Shown: positions 27,289 to 32,000 of the stretch, one piece after another
Position numbering within the stretch: position 1 is the stretch's first letter
Layout of the letters: every line of letters begins with the position of its first letter
From: Vulcanisaeta thermophila
Lineage (GTDB): Archaea; Thermoproteota; Thermoprotei; Thermoproteales; Thermocladiaceae
Direction of reading: 5' to 3'
Assembly: GCF_001748385.1 (NCBI RefSeq)
Contig: NZ_BCLI01000001.1
Coordinates: forward strand, 257,177-289,176
DNA length: 32,000 bases
Notes under the pieces: generated by a model
Told to the model about the DNA's origin: nothing
What the model saw: the letters and a program-made list of their open reading frames with translations, nothing else
Database searches by the model: none
Program-made: the position numbers and the translations under genes

Positions 27289-27732
27289 ATGCCAGGTAAA
27301 AAATCGCCACTGGGGATGTTCGCAGCGAGGGGGTTAAGGGAGAAGAGAAAGCAGTTTAGATGGAGCGACATCCACTACAAAAGGAGGGCGCTGGGAATAG
27401 CCAAGAAGTACGACCCACTGGAGGGAGCCCCCATGGCAAGAGGAATAGTACTGGAGAAGGTGGGCGTAGAGGCAAGGAAACCCAACGCAGCAGTTAGGAA
27501 GTGCGTCAGGGTCCAGCTTACGAAGAATGGAAAGGTGGTTACGGCATTCGTGCCATGGGATGGCGGTTTAAACCTCATTAATGAGCATGATGAGGTTATT
27601 ATAGAGAGGATTGGCGGTCCAGAGGGTAGGGCATACGGTGACCTACCTGGTGTTAGGTTTAGGGTTATCATGGTTAATGGCGTTAGCCTTAAGGCTATCC
27701 TCCAGGGTAAGAAGCAGAAGCCCGTTAGATAA
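27289..27732 (+). CDS. rps12: 30S ribosomal protein S12 (uS12)
   Basis: [27 protein letters not shown]...[30 protein letters not shown]...GVRFRVI. ATG 27289 lies 23 nt after the TATA box TATATAAG (27258-27265). The ORF track's GTG 27265 overlaps that box. Confidence 0.93.
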   Translation: MPGKKSPLGMFAARGLREKRKQFRWSDIHYKRRALGIAKKYDPLEGAPMARGIVLEKVGVEARKPNAAVRKCVRVQLTKNGKVVTAFVPWDGGLNLINEHDEVIIERIGGPEGRAYGDLPGVRFRVIMVNGVSLKAILQGKKQKPVR

Positions 27733-27817
27733 TCAACTGCATTATTTAATAACTTTATTAATTCACTTAAATTAATGGCAATAGGTATAAATATACTTTG
27801 CAAATGCCTAATTTTGT

Positions 27818-28576
27818 ATGAAGTTCTTAGCGGTTAATGGGGTAGTATCACTGCCCCTACTGGCCACTCAGGATTCTGGGTTGGACATTGTGTATGGATC
27901 CTATGAATTGTTGGGCAATGACTTCGTGGGGCTCAATGGTAACCTCGTCCATGTACTACAGCAAGCCCCTAGGATCAACGCCAGGGTTAGGTGGTTACTG
28001 GGCAGGAACTATGTCTGGGTTTGGGAGAGGGAGCCCTGGATTAGGAATAATGCAAGGGTGGGCACTCTTTACCTGGGCTCAACACCGGACATCATGATCA
28101 GGGCATTCTCCACGGCGTTGGGGTTGGACCTGAAGGTAATTAATTATGAGGATTTCAAGGAATTAATTAATGATTATGAATCAGGAAGGGTAGGTGCCAT
28201 CGTGTTACCACTGTCCTACCTACACAGGGTAAATGACCCACCCAGCTACCCCATAGATAAGTTATTCACGGATTACCTGGGCCAGCTAATCATAAGCCCC
28301 TACGCCATTGCCGCCAGGGATGAGGCATCAAGCACCATAAGGGCACTGTACGAGTCTGGGATAAAGGGTATGACCAACCCCAGCATTAGGAGGGTGATTC
28401 AGGAAAAACTGGTTAAATTGGGCCTTGACCTACCCCAGTACACACTTAACTTCATACTATCCAATGTAAAATTCAGCCTCATTGACACGGTACAGGAGAG
28501 CCTAATGAACCTAGTGGGTAGGATATATGGTGGGAGATTAAGTGAGTTAATAGGGTCCAGGGCACCAATTGATTAA
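27818..28576 (+). CDS. hypothetical protein, possibly type-2 periplasmic-binding-protein-like fold (MqnA/MqnD- or NMT1-like), no signal peptide
   Basis: 252-aa ORF with its own TATA box (GGTATAAATATAC) about 22 nt upstream. The segment RVGTLYLGSTPDIMIRAFSTALGLDLKVINYEDFKELINDYESGRVGAIVLP resembles the second lobe of PBP-fold proteins. That resemblance is pattern-level only. Confidence 0.55.
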   Translation: MKFLAVNGVVSLPLLATQDSGLDIVYGSYELLGNDFVGLNGNLVHVLQQAPRINARVRWLLGRNYVWVWEREPWIRNNARVGTLYLGSTPDIMIRAFSTALGLDLKVINYEDFKELINDYESGRVGAIVLPLSYLHRVNDPPSYPIDKLFTDYLGQLIISPYAIAARDEASSTIRALYESGIKGMTNPSIRRVIQEKLVKLGLDLPQYTLNFILSNVKFSLIDTVQESLMNLVGRIYGGRLSELIGSRAPID

Positions 28577-28597
28577 TAAACCAGCCCCAGTAAGAGG

Positions 28598-28657
28598 TTG
28601 GGGTGATGTAAAGGTTTCCGGCCTGAGGCTTGATGACATCACCCCTTGCTGACGAGC
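28598..28657 (+). ncRNA. candidate archaeal C/D box sRNA (2'-O-methylation guide)
   Basis: The box layout is canonical. C is GTGATGT (28603-28609), followed by a 13-nt guide AAAGGTTTCCGGC. D' is CTGA (28623-28626), followed by a 4-nt spacer. C' is TGATGA (28631-28636), followed by a 12-nt guide CATCACCCCTTG. D is CTGA (28649-28652). It lies in a 143-bp intergenic region, 22 nt after the upstream stop. Confidence 0.65.
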
Positions 28658-28686
28658 CACGGCGATGACTACTTATTAGGAAGTAG

Positions 28687-28694
28687 TTATAAAG
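28687..28694 (+). promoter_or_regulatory. TATA box of the aminotransferase gene
   Basis: TTATAAAG lies 25 nt upstream of the ATG at 28720. Confidence 0.55.
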
Positions 28695-28719
28695 GGGTGT
28701 AATAGGTGTATTTAGGGTT

Positions 28720-29946
28720 ATGGATCCAATAGATGATTATATAAAGGACGAGGTTAAGGGGTTAATGGGGGAGTCCGCATTCACTTACCTGGCCAAGGCA
28801 CGTGAGGTAAGTGAGAGGAAGGGTATTAGGGTTATCTCCTTCGGAATTGGACAGCCAGACCTACCCACATTCCCCAACATAGTAAATGCAGCCAAGAGGG
28901 CGTTGGATGAGGGGTTCACTGGATACACCGAAACATCGGGCATTAAGGAGCTTAGGGAGGCGGTGGCTGATTACCTAAACTATAGATACCACGCCAGGGT
29001 GCTTCCCGAGGAGGTAATAATAACGACCGGCACAAAGACAGCCATATTCCTAGCCCTATCAGCCTATGTGAGGCCAGGTGATGAGGTGATAATACCGGAC
29101 CCCGCATACCCAGCATATGCGGAGATAACAAAGTTCAACGGTGGGAGGCCCGTTTACGTGCCCCTAAGATTCAACGTGGAGGATGGGTTTAGGCTTGATG
29201 TTGAGGGTATTGAGAGGGCCTTGACCGACAGGACCAGGGTTGTGGTCATTAATAACCCGCATAACCCCACGGGCGCCGTGTTCAACGCGAGGGATGTGAT
29301 GAAGGTTTTGGAGATCGCAAGGGATCACAGGTTATTGGTAGTTGTTGATGAGATTTATGATAACTTCGTGTACGAGGATGGCGCATTCAAGGGAGTCCTA
29401 GAACTCGAGCCAGAGTGGAGGAAGTACATAATCTATACTAATGGCTTTAGTAAGACGTTTTCCATGACCGGTTGGAGGCTCGGTTACCTAGTCGCCAGTA
29501 GGGATGTGATTAAGTACCTAGAGAGGCTGGCTACGAACGTTTACAGTTGCCCACCATCCATAGCCCAGTGGGCAGGTGTTGAGGCCCTGAGGAGTGAGAG
29601 GTCATGGCGTGAGAGTAGGAGAATGGTTGAATTGTTTAGAAGGCGTAGGGACGTTATGTATGAGGAGTTAAGGAAGATACCTGGCATTGAGGTGTGGAGG
29701 GGTAATGGGGCATTTTACATGTATCCCAGGGTAGCCCCACTACTTAATAAGCTGGGCATGGACGTGGAATCCTTCACAAACTGGCTCCTTGAGGACCACG
29801 GCGTAGTGGTACTACCAGGCACCGCATTCTCCGAAACACATATGGGTAGGGAGTTTGTGAGACTTAGCTATGCACTGGATGAGGAGGACATAAGGGAAGG
29901 GGTAAGGAGGATCCTCAAGGCGGTAATGCAGAGGCTAGGTAAATAA
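28720..29946 (+). CDS. class I/II pyridoxal-phosphate aminotransferase (aspartate aminotransferase-like)
   Basis: 408 aa with INNPHNPTGAV, VVDEIYDNFVY and the PLP-lysine motif GFSKTFSMTGWRLGY. The TATA box at 28687-28694 lies 25 nt upstream of the ATG. Confidence 0.88.
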   Translation: MDPIDDYIKDEVKGLMGESAFTYLAKAREVSERKGIRVISFGIGQPDLPTFPNIVNAAKRALDEGFTGYTETSGIKELREAVADYLNYRYHARVLPEEVIITTGTKTAIFLALSAYVRPGDEVIIPDPAYPAYAEITKFNGGRPVYVPLRFNVEDGFRLDVEGIERALTDRTRVVVINNPHNPTGAVFNARDVMKVLEIARDHRLLVVVDEIYDNFVYEDGAFKGVLELEPEWRKYIIYTNGFSKTFSMTGWRLGYLVASRDVIKYLERLATNVYSCPPSIAQWAGVEALRSERSWRESRRMVELFRRRRDVMYEELRKIPGIEVWRGNGAFYMYPRVAPLLNKLGMDVESFTNWLLEDHGVVVLPGTAFSETHMGREFVRLSYALDEEDIREGVRRILKAVMQRLGK

Positions 29947-29970
29947 GGTGCTGCGTTGTGGAATAACAAT

Positions 29971-30342
29971 ATGGGGCATGTATACGTTGACGTGACAATA
30001 TACGGGAGGGAACCAAGAACCGTAAAGGCCCTGGTGGACACGGGCGCCACCTACACAGTCATACCCAGGAAACTGGCCGAGGAACTCGGCATAAGGGGTT
30101 TGGGAACCTTCGTTAACGTACTCACGGCAAAGGGGTACGCGAGGCTTGAGGAGGCCCTGGTCACCATGGAAATAATGAATGAGAGGAGGAATCAAGTGGT
30201 GCTGTTATCGGATGACGTGGACATGGTGATTGTGGGGGTCATAACACTGGAATCCATGGGGTTTATCGTGGACCCAACCACAGGTAAACTTGAGAGGTCA
30301 GGGGTCTTCCTACTCTTAGCAGGGAAAGGCTTAAATACATAG
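29971..30342 (+). CDS. retropepsin-like (clan AA) aspartyl protease
   Basis: It has the catalytic VDTGAT motif and the later IVGVITLESMG flap/dimer pattern, in a small (~123 aa) single-domain protein. I prefer ATG 29971, which lies 22 nt after TAAATAAG; the longest ORF starts at GTG 29956. Confidence 0.78.
   Translation: MGHVYVDVTIYGREPRTVKALVDTGATYTVIPRKLAEELGIRGLGTFVNVLTAKGYARLEEALVTMEIMNERRNQVVLLSDDVDMVIVGVITLESMGFIVDPTTGKLERSGVFLLLAGKGLNT
30330..30338 (+). promoter_or_regulatory. TATA box of rps30e embedded in the 3' end of the protease gene
   Basis: CTTAAATAC lies 23 nt upstream of the ATG at 30362. Confidence 0.5.
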
Positions 30343-30361
30343 TGACTCTGTACAGTTTGGT

Positions 30362-30520
30362 ATGCCTAGCCACGGTTCATTAACAAAGGCTGGTAAGGTT
30401 AGGAGCCAAACACCCAGGATACCACCAAAACCCAAGAAGAACCTAATCCCAAGGCGCAGAAACAGCCGAAACTACAGGAAACTACTGTACAAACTGGGAC
30501 AGCAAAGCAGCGCCTCATAA
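30362..30520 (+). CDS. rps30e: 30S ribosomal protein S30e (eS30), 52 aa, absent from the supplied ORF track
   Basis: Hand translation: MPSHGSLTKAGKVRSQTPRIPPKPKKNLIPRRRNSRNYRKLLYKLGQQSSAS*. HGSLTKAGKVRSQTP is the eS30 signature. The TATA box CTTAAATAC (30330-30338) lies 23 nt upstream of the ATG, inside the protease gene's 3' end. Confidence 0.88.
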   Translation: MPSHGSLTKAGKVRSQTPRIPPKPKKNLIPRRRNSRNYRKLLYKLGQQSSAS

Positions 30521-30522
30521 AT

Positions 30523-30535
30523 ACCCAATCTTCCA
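30523..30535 (+). repeat. 13-nt direct repeat, copy 1 (ACCCAATCTTCCA)
   Basis: It matches 30660-30672 exactly, and the flanks are also partly similar (..G.ATCC). Confidence 0.85.
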
Positions 30536-30659
30536 AGCATCCCTCTTAATCTGAATCCTTAATTCACGCCTAGGCAACTCCGGCAGCGCCTTGGTTATCA
30601 CCACATCACCAGGCTCGGCTATTAGACCCTCGCCTCCCTAACCTCCATCCTTATCTGTA

Positions 30660-30672
30660 ACCCAATCTTCCA
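30660..30672 (+). repeat. 13-nt direct repeat, copy 2 (ACCCAATCTTCCA)
   Basis: It matches 30523-30535 exactly, 137 nt downstream, in the same 275-bp non-coding spacer. Confidence 0.85.
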
Positions 30673-30795
30673 GGGATCCTAACCCACTTCCTAAGTAGTC
30701 CTCGGATTAATTAACGGGCTTACTGCCGTGAAGACTTGGTTATGCAGCACCTACTCTATAGACGCACTCCTTAAATACATCCTTACCCAGTCAAC

Positions 30796-31605
30796 ATGAA
30801 GGGTATGGGTTCGGGTAAGGTGGCCATAGTTAGTGGTAGTGGTCGTGGCATTGGTAGGGCAATTGCCGTGAGGCTTGCCAAGGGTGGGTTCAGGGTTGTG
30901 GTGAATTATAAGCGCCATGATGAGGAGGGCGAGGAGACCATGAGGTTGATAAGGGAGGTTGGTGGTGAGGCGGTGTTGGTTAAGGCTGACGTGGCCACGG
31001 CGGACGGGGCCAAGGCACTGGTTGATGAGGCGGTTAAGCAGTGGGGCTCGGTGGACGTGGTGGTTAACAACGCGGGTCTGGGCATCATGAGGCCCTTTGT
31101 GGATATTGATGAGGGGCTTTGGGACAAGATAATAAACACGAACCTAAAGTCAGCCTTCTTACTCACTAAATTTGCGGTACCGCACATGGTTAAGAATAGG
31201 TGGGGTAGGATTGTGAACATGAGCTCCATAGAGGGTATAATGGGCGCCGCATTCAATGTACCCTACGCCACGGCCAAGGCCGCATTAATAGGCTTCACTA
31301 AGTCACTGGCCGCGGAGCTGGCCCCATACGGCATAACGGTTAACGCCATAGCGCCGGGCCTGGTTAGGACTAAGATGGGCATGAGCCTCCTGCAGGTGCT
31401 CAATGTGGATGAGCAGACCTGGGTCAGGGAGGCAACACTAACGGGCAGCATAATAAGTCCCGAGGAGGTTGCGGAGCTGGTGGCCTTCCTCGTGAGTGAC
31501 AGTGCCAGGAACATAACGGGGCAGGTATTCATAATAGACTCGGGAACCCTAATACTACCCGCGGCCAGGCACTTATCAAGGCTCAGCCAGCTCTCCCAGG
31601 GCTAG
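30796..31605 (+). CDS. short-chain dehydrogenase/reductase (FabG-like 3-oxoacyl reductase family)
   Basis: It has the cofactor motif VSGSGRGIGRAIA, NNAG, and the catalytic S...YATAKAA (YxxxK). The TATA box TTAAATAC lies about 18-25 nt upstream. Confidence 0.88.
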   Translation: MKGMGSGKVAIVSGSGRGIGRAIAVRLAKGGFRVVVNYKRHDEEGEETMRLIREVGGEAVLVKADVATADGAKALVDEAVKQWGSVDVVVNNAGLGIMRPFVDIDEGLWDKIINTNLKSAFLLTKFAVPHMVKNRWGRIVNMSSIEGIMGAAFNVPYATAKAALIGFTKSLAAELAPYGITVNAIAPGLVRTKMGMSLLQVLNVDEQTWVREATLTGSIISPEEVAELVAFLVSDSARNITGQVFIIDSGTLILPAARHLSRLSQLSQG

Positions 31606-31673
31606 TGCCCTATATAGGTGTATGTAATTACATTAAAACAAGCCTTAATTAAGGGCGTAACACCCAACGCACA

Positions 31674-32000
31674 ATGAGTAGGAGGGTTGGCATCATTGGG
31701 GTTGGCCAGTCAGTCTTTGGTGTTCGTAATGACGCCACCATACAGGAGTTGGCGTGGGAGGCGATTAAGGAGGCCATGGAGGACGCAGGGATCACGCAAA
31801 GGGACATTGAGATATCCATAGTGGGTAGCGCGGGGACAAGAACCTATGAACTATACCCAGCGGTCCCCGTTAACGAGTACTCCGGGCTGGCGGGCAAGGG
31901 GCCCATGAGGGTTGAGGCGGCGTGCGCCACGGGGAGCGCTGCCTTGGCGGTGGCCTACAACATGGTTGCCTCGGGCTTCGTGGACATAGCCCTAGCCGTT
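31674..32000 (+). CDS. thiolase-family protein (acetyl-CoA acetyltransferase / SCP-x-type), N-terminal 109 codons, runs off the window end
   Basis: MSRRVGIIGVGQSVFG...EAIKEAMEDAGI...MRVEAACATGSAALAVAYNMVASG contains the active-site Cys context of archaeal thiolases. The frame is open to the window edge. Confidence 0.8.
   Translation, partial: MSRRVGIIGVGQSVFGVRNDATIQELAWEAIKEAMEDAGITQRDIEISIVGSAGTRTYELYPAVPVNEYSGLAGKGPMRVEAACATGSAALAVAYNMVASGFVDIALAV

Noticed and set aside
26658-27371. A 237-aa minus-strand ORF spans rpl30e, nusA and rps12.
   Set aside because: It is antisense to three conserved, motif-bearing ribosomal and transcription genes. Its product is a low-complexity hydrophobic sequence with no family features.
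28600-28645. A 10-bp perfect stem (GGGGTGATGT/ACATCACCCC) with a 26-nt loop could be a transcription terminator or riboswitch-like hairpin.
   Set aside because: Archaeal terminators are oligo-T tracts rather than hairpins, and a stem like this is expected about once per window by chance. The C/D box layout covering the same bases is far less likely to be coincidental. I therefore report the hairpin only as an alternative fold of the sRNA.
1-32000. I searched for CRISPR arrays, IS elements or transposases, integrases, tRNA genes (T-loop GGTTCRAATC-type motifs) and rRNA.
   Set aside because: I found none by eye. Intergenic regions are short (mostly under 100 bp) and are accounted for by promoters. 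A proper tRNAscan, Infernal or CRISPR-finder run would be needed to exclude them formally.

Overview
The window is a dense, mostly housekeeping chromosomal segment of a crenarchaeon. It looks like Thermoproteales, possibly Vulcanisaeta/Caldivirga-like. This placement is an inference from an unsplit rpoB, a crenactin/arcadin operon, TATA boxes 22-26 nt upstream of start codons, AGG/ATA-rich codon usage and a by-eye GC of roughly 45%.

I call about 38 genes:
- a partial ORF, a DUF99 protein and a DapA-family aldolase;
- the crenactin cytoskeleton operon on the minus strand (1802-6870): arcadin-1-like, crenactin, arcadin-2-like, an unlisted 58-aa ORF and a Rad50/SMC-like arcadin-4;
- a cyclophilin-like protein and Alba;
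- a Roadblock/LC7 plus MglA-like small GTPase operon, with a divergent orphan small protein;
- rpoK, thermosome, signal peptidase, a GNAT, apgM, cutA, thiE, a YchF-like GTPase, an orphan ABC ATPase and argS;
- the conserved rpoH-rpoB-rpoA1-rpoA2-rpl30e-nusA-rps12 block, which is not followed by rps7;
- an unknown PBP-like protein, a strong C/D box sRNA candidate, an aminotransferase, a retropepsin-like protease, an unlisted rps30e, an SDR and a partial thiolase.

I saw no CRISPR array, transposase, integrase, tRNA or rRNA.

The most interesting content is the actin-type cytoskeleton operon. It is a published system, but most of its components are uncharacterised. It sits within 1 kb of an uncharacterised MglA/MglB-like GTPase switch pair. 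Smaller items are an unannotated coupled micro-ORF, a canonical C/D sRNA, and a 15-nt direct repeat bracketing rpl30e. All functional calls rest on motif and family recognition by eye; no database search was run.
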